IMG/VR virus record: IMGVR_UViG_2657245091_000018
Source of the DNA: a virus
Taxonomy: Duplodnaviria; Heunggongvirae; Uroviricota; Caudoviricetes
Length of the DNA: 30,872 nt
Strand: one strand, 5' to 3'
Part shown: positions 1 to 8,398 of the stretch, piece after piece
Numbering within the stretch: position 1 is the first letter of the stretch
Layout: each line of letters opens with the position of its first letter
The notes under the pieces: model-generated
What the model saw: only the letters and a program-made list of their open reading frames with translations
Database searches by the model: none
What the model was told of the DNA's origin: nothing
Program-made: the position numbers and the translations under genes

Positions 1-150
1 AAAAACCGTGCAGAAGTGGAACTGGCCACACTCACGTGGGTGGACTGGTATAACAATCGACGATTGCTGGGAAGGCTGGGTCATATCCCTCCGGCAGAAG
101 CAGAAAAAGCTTATTATGCTTCCATCAGAAACGATGATCTGGCAGCCTGA
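1..150 (+). CDS. IS3-family DDE transposase (OrfB) C-terminal fragment; 5' part lies outside the window
   Basis: Frame 1 reads KNRAEVELATLTWVDWYNNRRLLGRLGHIPPAEAEKAYYASIRNDDLAA followed by TGA. The WVDWYNxRRL...IPPAE block is the conserved C-terminal tail of IS3-family transposases. The listed ORF 8..220 is in another frame and is not used. Confidence 0.75.
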   Translation, partial: KNRAEVELATLTWVDWYNNRRLLGRLGHIPPAEAEKAYYASIRNDDLAA

Positions 151-192
151 GTTCACAGATAAAACACTCTCCAGGAAAACCGGGGCGGTTCA
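1..192 (+). mobile_element. Right-hand end of an IS3-family insertion sequence, truncated by the window edge
   Basis: The transposase frame stops at 148-150. The next 42 nt, read on the complement, give TGAACCGCCCCGGTTTTCCTGGAGAGTGTTTTATCTGTGAAC. That is a 5'-TG...CA-3' IS3-family terminal inverted repeat and, from memory, resembles the IS629/IS1203-type end (TGAACCGCCCCGG...). The outer boundary is placed at the CA at 191-192. Confidence 0.75.
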
Positions 193-235
193 GTTCCACC
201 TCGCACAAGAAAAACGATAACGCCGCAGTGATGGA

Positions 236-715
236 TTATTTGAACCATTTACTGGATGGGTGAATGTCACCAATGTGGTGCGTTTCCTCGAAAGATTTTG
301 AGAAGTGCATACCGGGGATAGCGACATCGGCTTGATCCAGAATAGGAGCGTCGATAATGGCATTAATAAAAAACTGGGCACTTTGCTTTGCTAATTCTAA
401 TGAGTCAAAGCCATTACCTGAACTTTCGGTAACTTTAGACAGTTGTCCATTTTTTGAGATAAATAACTCCCAGCCCCATAGCGATTCATGCTGTTTTAAA
501 GAAATAACTACAGATGGACAGTTTTCTGTATCGCCAGAATTAATATCGTCACCAGCCTTAATAAAAATTGGCGATTCCATAAGGCCTACAAAGTTCTCAA
601 GGTCATCAATGGCTTTAGGTCTTGTTTCAAATAGTGGACTTTCAAAGAGGGGGGAACCATCGGAAAGTACCCAGTGTGATCCGTGGTCTTTTTTAAAAAA
701 CACATTGAATTTCAT
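236..715 (-). CDS. Hypothetical protein, possibly tandem YegP/DUF1508-like domains (159 aa)
   Basis: Start set at ATG 715 (MKFNVFF...) because the minus strand reads AGAAGGAGttgtaATG, a strong SD with 5-nt spacing. The ORF-track version starts 48 nt further upstream (763). Each half shows the pattern aromatic-x-W/F-x-L..NG..SE...A..., e.g. WGWELFISKNGQLSKVTESSGNGFDSLELAKQSAQFFINAI. The resemblance to YegP is judged by eye only. GC is lower than in the phage core genes. Confidence 0.6.
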   Translation of the reverse strand: MKFNVFFKKDHGSHWVLSDGSPLFESPLFETRPKAIDDLENFVGLMESPIFIKAGDDINSGDTENCPSVVISLKQHESLWGWELFISKNGQLSKVTESSGNGFDSLELAKQSAQFFINAIIDAPILDQADVAIPGMHFSKSFEETHHIGDIHPSSKWFK

Positions 716-742
716 TACAACTCCTTCTGTGTTGGTGATTGT

Positions 743-778
743 TATGCCTGATTCACTGCTCAAAGTTACACAGGCATA
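743..778. promoter_or_regulatory. Inverted repeat in the divergent early intergenic region (possible operator)
   Basis: TATGCCTG (743-750) - N20 - CAGGCATA (771-778) lies inside the 138-bp gap between the minus-strand gene (start 715) and the first rightward ORF (854). The position fits an operator or early promoter region, but no binding protein or convincing hexamers can be assigned. Confidence 0.2.
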
Positions 779-853
779 GCGATGTTATCACAGGAAACAC
801 GTGCCGGGCGTGGGGTTATATCCCGGCATCTTTTCAATATGACGGAGATCAAC

Positions 854-1075
854 ATGGACTTAACACAGTGCCCTTCACTCGCCAGCCTGCTCACCCACGG
901 CCAGCAGATCACCCACCGTCAGCATCAACGCGGCTGGATTGAAACCCCGGACGGGCGGTTCTTCCAGCCTAAAGCGGCAGATGTTCAATTTGTTAAAAAC
1001 TGCCGTGTACCGTTTATGTCGCGCCCGCGTAATAAGCGCCGCTGGTTTTCCCGCTTAATGGGCATCTTTGCGTAG
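854..1075 (+). CDS. Hypothetical early-region protein (73 aa)
   Basis: The frame is open from 782. Start set at ATG 854, preceded by GGAG (844-847, 6-nt spacer); ATG 839 is also possible. The C-terminus is basic and there is no recognisable domain. It is the first gene of the rightward operon that continues into dam and the replication gene. Confidence 0.45.
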   Translation: MDLTQCPSLASLLTHGQQITHRQHQRGWIETPDGRFFQPKAADVQFVKNCRVPFMSRPRNKRRWFSRLMGIFA

Positions 1076-1090
1076 TTCGGGGAGGTGGTT

Positions 1091-1480
1091 ATGTTGATGG
1101 ATAAGACAGGACAACAGCCAGGCCGTCGCCAGTTCTTAGAGCAACGGGCTCGACTGCAAGCAAGTTTGAACGTCTCACGCGTGAACGACACTGCAACCCG
1201 TTTTAACCGCCTGGATGATGCCTGTAAAAAGGTGATTTTCATCCTGGCAAACGATGCGTCCAGATACATAGCCGGAATGCCGAAGCTGACCGCCAAACAG
1301 CTGGGTTGTACTTACGAAAATCTAACCGAAAAGGAGCAAACGTGCCTTTTGATGGGCATTAAGCGCCTTTCCGAATTTGCAGCATCAATGCCGTGGGAAT
1401 TTGAGGACTACGCCGCACCACGCGCCGAAATTCAGGCGATACGCGACAAACCACCCGCGCCAGATAACGCAGTAAATTAA
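1091..1480 (+). CDS. Hypothetical early-region protein (129 aa)
   Basis: ATG 1091 is preceded by GGAGG (1081-1085, 5-nt spacer); the ORF-track start at 1085 is a GTG inside the SD. Amino-acid composition looks protein-like. No motif recognised. Confidence 0.6.
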   Translation: MLMDKTGQQPGRRQFLEQRARLQASLNVSRVNDTATRFNRLDDACKKVIFILANDASRYIAGMPKLTAKQLGCTYENLTEKEQTCLLMGIKRLSEFAASMPWEFEDYAAPRAEIQAIRDKPPAPDNAVN

Positions 1481-1550
1481 CAACTAACTACCCACAAAAA
1501 AGAAACAGGCGCTAACGCGTCGGGCTTCTTGCACCCTGGAGAAAGTAAAA

Positions 1551-2441
1551 ATGATTCGATCTCTCGTTAAATGGCCCGGTGGTAAAGGCCGCGTTATGCC
1601 TGATTTGCTGCCGATTCTGCCGAAAGCCGATTGCCTGGTGGAACCGTTTGTCGGCGGTGCTTCTGTTTTCCTCAATACTGAATATCGCCGTTATATCCTG
1701 GGTGATATCAACCCAGATTTAATTAACCTGTATCGCCAGATAACCCGCTGGCCTGATGCGGTGATCGACGCTGCTCGCCCACTGTTTAAAGTGTACGGCG
1801 ATAAAGACGGCTATAAGTGGATCCGCGATGATTTCAACGCCCGCGCCCGTGACCTACTGTCATTGCGCAGTGTGTTTGAAGATGGGCCGGACGCGGGCAA
1901 GATTCTTCGTGCAGCACAATTTCTTTACCTGAACCGTCACGGATATAACGGCGTAGTACGCTACAACCAACAGGGTGGATATAACGTTCCCTTTGGGCGT
2001 CACAAAACCCCGCCTTACTTCCCGGAAGAACAAATCCGTTTATTCTCTGAAAAAGCTAACGACACGAAAGCTATTTTCGTGTGCTGCGATTTCCAGAGCA
2101 CGTTAAAAATCATGATTGGTAGTGACGCGGTTATCTATTGCGATCCGCCATACCTGCCAACAAGCGAAACCGCTAATTTCACCCAATACCACACCGCCCC
2201 GTTTGGGATTAAAGAGCATCGCCAGTTAGCTGCCGCTCTGCTGGATATTAACCGCCTTACTGGTTCGCCGGTGATCCTGTCCAATAGCGACACCCCAGCC
2301 ACCTGCGAGATTTATCGCTCTTTCAACTTCCAGGAAATTAGCGTTAACCGTTCTGTCAGCGCGAACGCCATTACCCGAGGGGCCGCCAGTGAGGTGATCG
2401 GTATTCTCAAGGTTGCGACTTCTACGGGCATATGTGAATGA
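1551..2441 (+). CDS. dam: Dam-type DNA N6-adenine methyltransferase (GATC-type, D12 class), phage-encoded orphan
   Basis: Collinear by eye with E. coli Dam: VKWPGGK, CLVEPFVGGASVFLNT (FxGxG AdoMet site), FLYLNRHGYNGVVRYN, YNVPFGRHKTPPYFPEE, IYCDPPYLP (DPPY catalytic motif), ANFTQYHT, ILSNSDT. SD GGAGAAAG lies upstream. Its stop overlaps the next start (ATGA at 2438-2441). Confidence 0.95.
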   Translation: MIRSLVKWPGGKGRVMPDLLPILPKADCLVEPFVGGASVFLNTEYRRYILGDINPDLINLYRQITRWPDAVIDAARPLFKVYGDKDGYKWIRDDFNARARDLLSLRSVFEDGPDAGKILRAAQFLYLNRHGYNGVVRYNQQGGYNVPFGRHKTPPYFPEEQIRLFSEKANDTKAIFVCCDFQSTLKIMIGSDAVIYCDPPYLPTSETANFTQYHTAPFGIKEHRQLAAALLDINRLTGSPVILSNSDTPATCEIYRSFNFQEISVNRSVSANAITRGAASEVIGILKVATSTGICE

Positions 2442-5050
2442 CTAACGCTTTCGCATGGCCTTGGAACGCACCGCGTCCAGCTGTTGGCCCGTACATCTAT
2501 GAACCGAAAAAAATCGCCCCGCTTGCTGGGGCGGTGGCGCATCATCCTGCCGTAAAAAAACATATCGATCACATCTTCAAACGTGCCGGTTACAATCCCG
2601 CCGAAGTTCGTGACCGTGATGCGCTCATCCAGGCGCTGGACAGGTACGAACCATGCGGCCTGCCACTGGCCGCCCATCAAAATATAATCCGGCAAGAAAT
2701 GGAAGCCGCTAAAGCCACGGCGGCAGCCTGGGCCAATACGCCAGAAGGTGTCGAAGCACGTTTATTATCAGAGCCGTTCTTCATTCGTGAAGTCTGGCGT
2801 AAAAAAATTGAGTGGTTACGGGTCAACCGTGAAACCAGACACACCAATGATTTTCTTATGGGGACAGTGAAAAAATCATTGCTGCGTCTTGATGTTGTGC
2901 GCACAAGGCAAGGTGTTTCGCCTGATATCACCGGCGAACTGGCCGCGTACTGGTTCGGGCGCTGGCAACGGCTGGCTGATTTCACAAAGCGGGAAGCACT
3001 AAGCGCCGCTAATGAGATCGCCAGCCGCATGGCTGAAATGCTGGGGACGGAATGCGAAGCCCTGGGACAGAATGTTTCCGACATGAACGTCGAAGAACTG
3101 GACTGGCTTTATTGTCATCTGGGCCGCGAAATGCTGGCGCTTCGCATTGTGCCGCCTGCATGGTATGCGCCGTGGGAACGTGATCGGATATGTACGGCCA
3201 TTTTGCGTATGGCTTCGCCTGACTGGTGGGGGCGCAAAATCTGGCGCCTGCGTTGTGACTGGCGCGAAAACCAGCTGCGAGCCGTTGGCGCGGTAAATAA
3301 AAAAGCGCACGCATACGTTAGCGCTTCCAGCCTGATCGAGTGGCAGGAACAGCGCCGTAAAAACCGGGATTTTTTCAAAAGTCATGAACTGGTAGACGAA
3401 GACGGCAACGTTTCCTCACTTGAGGACATGATTAATAAATCCACGTCAAACCCGGCTATTCGTCGCCATGAGCTTATGGCCCGAATGGCTGGGGTTGAGC
3501 TTGTTGCCCAAAGTCGCGGCGATGTTGGCATCTTCCTGACAATCACTTGCCCGTCGAAATATCACAGTAATATTGCATCCGGCCACCATAACGCCAAATG
3601 GAATCATTCCACCGTCGCCCAGGCGCAGTGCTATTTATGCCGTGTGTGGAACCGGGCAACCGCCAAACTGAAACGCGAAGATTTGCGCCCTTATGGCTTC
3701 CGTGTCGCCGAGCCGCATCACGATGGGACACCACACTGGCACGCGTTGCTGTTTATGCCACAAGAGCAAGTCAAAGCCACGGTTGCGATCCTTCGCACCT
3801 ACTTCATTGCGGAAGACCGCGACGAGCTGGGCCGCAATACCGGCGCTCGTTTCAAGTCAAAAAAAATGGACCCACGGAAAGGGTCAGCAACGGCATACAT
3901 CGCTAAATACATTTCGAAGAATATCGACGGCCACGCGCTGGCCGGTGAACTGGACGACGAAAGCGGCAAGCCGCTGAATGAAAGCGCCAAATATGCAATG
4001 GCCTGGGCATCGCTTCACCGTATCCGCCAGTTTCAGCCCATCGGACAGCCGCCCATATCGGTTTACCGCGAGCTGCGCAAACTTAGTAATCAGATCACGA
4101 CCCGACAGAAAATTGACAGTACCTTCAAACGTGGTGCGCCATTGCTTGTGGATCCTGCAATGGATGCGGTTTGCGCCGCTGCCGATGTCGGATGCTTTGC
4201 TACTTACATCATCCGCCAGGGTGGTGTTTTGATCCCGCGAGAAAACTATGTCGTCCGTCTGGCCTATCAGCCCGCTGATGAAATGAATGCTTATTGTGAG
4301 ATCCCCGAAAAGGTTTTCGGGGTCTGGTCGCCGCGTCTGGGGGATGCCTCCCGTATTTGCACCCGTCTGGTTAAGTGGAAAATTCGAGCCAAATCCAAAA
4401 CCGTCACTGGGGCCAAAAGCGGCCCCGGTTTGGGGGTTGACCTTTTGCCGTCGCCAACCGGCGACGCTTGGAGTTCTGTCAATAACTCTACGGAAGACGA
4501 AAAAATCACCGATTTTTCGCCTGGTGTGGAGGGTATTACAGAAGAATCAGAAGAGGAAATCGTCGATTTTGAAAATATGGACCAGCCAACGCGGCGCAAA
4601 TTGATACGGCGACTACGTGAAGCACCATTCAAAAGGCGGCACAGCGGATCACCTTATGAACCAGGGAGCGAATTAGATGTTGCCTGGCGTTCTGCCGTGG
4701 AAAAAACCGAGGCCAGATCGGTGGCTGATAAAGCCAGGCGGGCAGCGCTTGCCCCTGCGGTTGCCAGTCTGCTGGCTGATGCGGCGTTGTGTTTGGTTGA
4801 GATTTCAGAGATTCAGGCCGTTTCGCTGTTAATGGGGAGCCGTCTGGAGATTGGCGGGAAATTTTATCAAGCCAGTGCTGGCGGCCAGTTGATAACGCGT
4901 CAATTACCTAATGAGTCACGGACGGTGAATAAATTATGGGAACATTTACGGGATAACCACGGCATTGATGCCACGCACCTGCGGTTTGATCCGGTCGGGG
5001 AATATCAAAAAATGCTGGCGGGTGCGGAAGGTCGCTACCCTAAAGAATGA
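2438..5050 (+). CDS. P2 gpA-family replication initiation endonuclease (rolling-circle, HUH class), 870 aa
   Basis: HUH-type metal motif GTPHWHALLF and the paired catalytic tyrosines YIAKY (ATAYIAKYISKNIDG), as in P2 gpA. Size and position (after early ORFs, before the head genes) match the P2 family. Translationally coupled to dam. Confidence 0.9.
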   Translation: MTNAFAWPWNAPRPAVGPYIYEPKKIAPLAGAVAHHPAVKKHIDHIFKRAGYNPAEVRDRDALIQALDRYEPCGLPLAAHQNIIRQEMEAAKATAAAWANTPEGVEARLLSEPFFIREVWRKKIEWLRVNRETRHTNDFLMGTVKKSLLRLDVVRTRQGVSPDITGELAAYWFGRWQRLADFTKREALSAANEIASRMAEMLGTECEALGQNVSDMNVEELDWLYCHLGREMLALRIVPPAWYAPWERDRICTAILRMASPDWWGRKIWRLRCDWRENQLRAVGAVNKKAHAYVSASSLIEWQEQRRKNRDFFKSHELVDEDGNVSSLEDMINKSTSNPAIRRHELMARMAGVELVAQSRGDVGIFLTITCPSKYHSNIASGHHNAKWNHSTVAQAQCYLCRVWNRATAKLKREDLRPYGFRVAEPHHDGTPHWHALLFMPQEQVKATVAILRTYFIAEDRDELGRNTGARFKSKKMDPRKGSATAYIAKYISKNIDGHALAGELDDESGKPLNESAKYAMAWASLHRIRQFQPIGQPPISVYRELRKLSNQITTRQKIDSTFKRGAPLLVDPAMDAVCAAADVGCFATYIIRQGGVLIPRENYVVRLAYQPADEMNAYCEIPEKVFGVWSPRLGDASRICTRLVKWKIRAKSKTVTGAKSGPGLGVDLLPSPTGDAWSSVNNSTEDEKITDFSPGVEGITEESEEEIVDFENMDQPTRRKLIRRLREAPFKRRHSGSPYEPGSELDVAWRSAVEKTEARSVADKARRAALAPAVASLLADAALCLVEISEIQAVSLLMGSRLEIGGKFYQASAGGQLITRQLPNESRTVNKLWEHLRDNHGIDATHLRFDPVGEYQKMLAGAEGRYPKE

Positions 5051-5054
5051 ATTA

Positions 5055-5126
5055 AATCACGCTATCCGTCGCAGCTGGTTGCGTCGGATAGCGTGATTCT
5101 GCGGGGGCGGGCGGCAAAGAGCCCGC
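5055..5126 (+). terminator. Long hairpin plus second GC hairpin just downstream of the replication gene (possible terminator; cos-like G-run, see findings)
   Basis: A perfect 14-bp inverted repeat, AATCACGCTATCCG (5055-5068) / CGGATAGCGTGATT (5085-5098), has an inner extension CGCA/TGCG. It is followed by GCGGGC (5107-5112) - N8 - GCCCGC (5121-5126) and then ATTT. The T-tract is weak, so terminator function is uncertain. Confidence 0.35.
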
Positions 5127-5347
5127 ATTTGAGTTCTGTCAGCGCGATGCCCCTAATCCAATATCTAAATATGCAGTTACGGCATAATGTTAATAGCGGT
5201 CATATTCGGTATGCTCCAGTTAGAAACTACGCTGCGATGTTAAAGATGAGTGATACAAGTGAGTGGGCTAGGCTGTTTGACTCAGCAGAGTAAAGAGGTA
5301 ATCTTGTTTAAGACAAGTTTCAAGATAGAATGATTAATGTTATTTGA

Positions 5348-5383
5348 AGATTTATGTAATACAATATCATTGCAGAGATTTTT
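5348..5383. repeat. Left copy of the imperfect direct repeat bracketing the cargo ORF
   Basis: AGATTTATGTAATACAATATCATTGCAGAGATTTTT. It aligns with 8201-8235 through shared blocks AGATT, ATGTAAT, TATCATTG and AGAGATTT (about 28 identities, one 3-nt indel). It ends 32 nt upstream of the ATG at 5415. Confidence 0.7.
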
Positions 5384-5414
5384 AGATAATTGATAAATCA
5401 TGTTGTCTTATTAA

Positions 5415-8207
5415 ATGTGGGGTCTGATTTTGGAAAGAAAAATTATTTTTAATAATGGTTTTTTAAGTATAAATAGGGAAGTTATAATTATCTTCTTGAT
5501 CTACTTTATTCTGGTCGGGTTGGGTATTTCCGGTGTAATCTACTCTAGATATGTTGATGAAGGGGTAAAGTATTTACTTGTAACACCATCTTTTCTCAAT
5601 AATTCCCCATTGAATTGGACTACTAGTGTTTGGGCGGGAGTTTTAGGCATACATGGAACTATTGCTGCACTATCAATTACATTTATGGGAATGTTTGTTA
5701 GTCAGGTTTCTAATTATTCTGAACATGGCTTTGAAAATATTTGTAAGTCGATGTTGTTGCGGAAAACTAGTTTTTTAAAGTTTAGTTTAAATTCTATTTT
5801 TAGTCTTTTAAGTGGTATCGTATTGCTTTCATGTGGTGGCGGCATGATTACTTATGCTATATCCATTTTTGTATCGTTATACTTTATTTTTAATTATGGT
5901 TCAATGTATCTGAAATTATATAATGTTACTGAGAATCCAACTATAATAACTGATCGTTTATTTTTTGAGCTTGATAAGGCTAAAAATGATTATTTATTGA
6001 TTGACGAACGTAGAAGAACTATAGAAAATAAATTTTTAAACATGATTAATGATTTTGAATATATTCATTATGGGTGGGATTCCGATTTTATCAATAAAGG
6101 ACAACGTAAGTTAAATATTTTCCAAAATAATCAAAATGTCATTATTAATGATTTTTGTCCAATTTGCTTTAAAGAAATTAACAATGAGCTAGAGCGTTTT
6201 TCGAAAGTGGTACGTACTGATTTACGCGTGAATCTTAACTTTATATATCCACTATCAACCTCATCGGTTCATATTGAAGTGCAAGATGGAGCGTCGATCG
6301 ATGAGCTATTAATTAGTAATGTTACAAAACTATTGAAAAAAGGATTGGTGTTCAGTTCAGCTCCTGAAAGCTTCTTGAATTACGGTAAGTATGAAGATGC
6401 AGTAGTTATTAGCTTAAGAAATAGTCTTTTTAGTGGTAATGAGTTAGCGTTAGATTTTAGCATAAGAGCTATCTTCACATTAGTTAGTGAAACTGAATTA
6501 GTTAAAGTAATACATAACCTCAATCACTCTTTTGGTTATACTAACAAAAAAAATAATATAGAGTATTCAATTTTTGCTGCTTTTTATATGAAGGTTAGTT
6601 CTGAAGTGAGTGGGTATAAAAACTATAATATAGTGTGTGATGCTCTTCGATCGATTATGGATTTGGGAAGGTATATTTATGATAATGAGCAATATGATGA
6701 ATTTTATAAATTGATATCACCGTCATTGGAACATCGTGCTCAATATAGTTTAGGTGATCCAGAATATCGTTTTTTTGATTTATATATGTCAACGGTGAGA
6801 GACAACATCTTGTCAAAGAATTATTTGGCATTTAGCCTGAATACTCGATTCTTGACTGAGAAATTTCGTTATCCAGAGTCATCTGATGATGGCGAAACCC
6901 TTAGTATCATTGAGAACAAGATGGTATCGTGTGTAAGACAGGTTATAACTTTACTGATTATTAGGCTGTGCTATTTATCTGAAAAAAGTGATGGGCATCA
7001 GGAGGAATTGAGAATAATAAAACAGAATTTAATGAAATGGTTAGCACCTTCATTCCTAGAAGATCTTTTTTATAAGAGTGGCGTGTATGATGTTATATTT
7101 ACAGTCCCATCTGAACCTGATTTTGATGCAAGTAGAACTTTAAGAGATATACCTGATTATGAGGTTGCAACCTTTTCAATAAATAACGATGCTTTCAAAG
7201 CAGTATCCCTTTTAATGACTCAAACATTATTTAATAAAAACAACTTCAATCCTATTTTTATACGTAATAAAAAAGAGTTTATTAAAAATACAAAAATAAC
7301 AACTCATGAACTGCAATCACTTATATCATATTTGAAAGGTGATGAATTTTCAGCTTTATTAGAGTTGATTAATGAAGGATCTTCTCAAGAAACAAATCGG
7401 ATGGAGGTTGCAGAGCATCTTGAAAGTATAATTTCTGTAAAAAATGAATTAATCGCAAATTCTATTGTTTCTTCTGACCTTGATAAGGTTCTGGTTAATA
7501 AATACATAGATAAAGTATCAATATCATTAGGTGGGTATTTTAATAAATTCGTAGATATTGATTCTATTCCTGTGTCAAATTCAGTTGTCTGCAATCCATT
7601 CTATTCATTGATTAATAAGAGAGAAGTCTTGCAGTCAATTGATAAAGTGCATTATTCAATGAATAGTTCACATCATGCTGAAGTGTTTGTCTATGCTTGG
7701 CTTCATAAAATGCTTGATGGAATTAAAGGCCAATATAAAGATGTAAATGAGATCGAAGATGTAAGTGAACTACCTTCCGATAAGCTTATAACAATTCATT
7801 ACATGGTTAAAGGAGAGGCAAGTGTTTACCGTTACTCAAAAGGTATGAGAATAACAGATTCAAAAGGAGTTTTGGGTTTGGGGTCTCCTGGTCTTTACTA
7901 CATGGATTTTTTGAGCGTATTTTCCTGTCTGCGGAATACTAATTTATTTGATTTGAAAATTGAAAGTATTTCTGATGAGAATATTTCCTTAGTTAAGGGG
8001 TTGTATAATTTCAAGGATGAAAATCCATTGATGTACGCGCTGATGTCTATTAGGATTAATTTGGAATTTATTAATAACGATGGCTTGTCGTTTTATTATA
8101 TTTCTGTAGATAGTTGTAAAAAAATCACTGCATTACATGAACAAAAACTTCGTCTATCTTTTAATGATAAAAAACCAATGGATGATATTGGTGAACTTTC
8201 AGATTAA
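5415..8207 (+). CDS. Large membrane-anchored protein of unknown function (930 aa); candidate hotspot-encoded anti-phage or exclusion protein
   Basis: An uninterrupted 2793-nt ORF in roughly 25-30% GC DNA is unlikely by chance, because stop codons are AT-rich. Hydrophobic helices lie at residues ~23-43, 69-95, 123-140 and 144-163 (nt 5481-5903). They are followed by ~765 aa of soluble N/K/I/S/E-rich sequence. I can recognise no Walker A, HNH/HxH, PD-(D/E)xK, Toprim, TIR or SIR2 signature. The ATG at 5415 directly follows an in-frame TAA and has no clear SD; TTG 5430, downstream of GGGG, is an alternative start. Confidence 0.85.
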   Translation: MWGLILERKIIFNNGFLSINREVIIIFLIYFILVGLGISGVIYSRYVDEGVKYLLVTPSFLNNSPLNWTTSVWAGVLGIHGTIAALSITFMGMFVSQVSNYSEHGFENICKSMLLRKTSFLKFSLNSIFSLLSGIVLLSCGGGMITYAISIFVSLYFIFNYGSMYLKLYNVTENPTIITDRLFFELDKAKNDYLLIDERRRTIENKFLNMINDFEYIHYGWDSDFINKGQRKLNIFQNNQNVIINDFCPICFKEINNELERFSKVVRTDLRVNLNFIYPLSTSSVHIEVQDGASIDELLISNVTKLLKKGLVFSSAPESFLNYGKYEDAVVISLRNSLFSGNELALDFSIRAIFTLVSETELVKVIHNLNHSFGYTNKKNNIEYSIFAAFYMKVSSEVSGYKNYNIVCDALRSIMDLGRYIYDNEQYDEFYKLISPSLEHRAQYSLGDPEYRFFDLYMSTVRDNILSKNYLAFSLNTRFLTEKFRYPESSDDGETLSIIENKMVSCVRQVITLLIIRLCYLSEKSDGHQEELRIIKQNLMKWLAPSFLEDLFYKSGVYDVIFTVPSEPDFDASRTLRDIPDYEVATFSINNDAFKAVSLLMTQTLFNKNNFNPIFIRNKKEFIKNTKITTHELQSLISYLKGDEFSALLELINEGSSQETNRMEVAEHLESIISVKNELIANSIVSSDLDKVLVNKYIDKVSISLGGYFNKFVDIDSIPVSNSVVCNPFYSLINKREVLQSIDKVHYSMNSSHHAEVFVYAWLHKMLDGIKGQYKDVNEIEDVSELPSDKLITIHYMVKGEASVYRYSKGMRITDSKGVLGLGSPGLYYMDFLSVFSCLRNTNLFDLKIESISDENISLVKGLYNFKDENPLMYALMSIRINLEFINNDGLSFYYISVDSCKKITALHEQKLRLSFNDKKPMDDIGELSD

Positions 8208-8235
8208 ATGTAATGTATCATTGTAGAGATTTATT
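8201..8235. repeat. Right copy of the imperfect direct repeat bracketing the cargo ORF
   Basis: AGATTAAATGTAATGTATCATTGTAGAGATTTATT. It includes the last codons and the TAA stop (8205-8207) of the 930-aa ORF. Fragments recur at 8403-8412 (ATGTAATGTA) and 8467-8476 (GATTTATGTA, identical to 5349-5358). Confidence 0.7.
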
Positions 8236-8367
8236 CTTACAGTGTTTGAACGCGTTTATTCACTAAGGATTGTTTCTATGTTGTTTATATAGGATATTGA
8301 TAGTGCGTAAAAGTATGATTTTATAATGTGTAGGCAATGGGCTGGATAGGGCAATCCTTTACTTATT

Positions 8368-8398
8368 TGAAAACCGCCGCAATTTGAATGTGCGGCGG
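8368..8398 (-). terminator. Rho-independent terminator of the terminase-portal-ogr-like leftward operon
   Basis: On the minus strand: CCGCCGCA - 9-nt loop - TGCGGCGG (perfect 8-bp GC-rich stem, 8374-8381 / 8391-8398), followed by TTTTCAAAT. It lies about 70 nt downstream of the stop at 8470. Confidence 0.65.

Noticed and set aside
357-779. A 140-aa plus-strand ORF overlapping the 236..715 gene.
   Set aside because: It is antisense to an ORF that has a strong SD and domain-like repeats. Its own product is S/C/P-rich and has no SD.
5093-5293. A 66-aa ORF (GTG start) between the replication gene and the cargo gene.
   Set aside because: It starts inside the hairpin/G-run, has no SD at either the GTG or the internal ATG (5147), and spans a GC-to-AT composition transition. 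It is more likely non-coding junction DNA.
5304-5398. Sigma70-like hexamer pairs upstream of the 930-aa gene: TTGTTT-16-TAGAAT at 5304-5331, TTGAAG-15-TATCAT at 5344-5370, and TTGCAG-16-GATAAA at 5370-5397.
   Set aside because: AT-rich DNA produces many such matches and none has both good hexamers and optimal spacing. I do not call a promoter without TSS data.
7385-7594. A 69-aa minus-strand ORF inside the 930-aa gene.
   Set aside because: It is short, antisense and lacks an SD. It is expected by chance inside a long gene.
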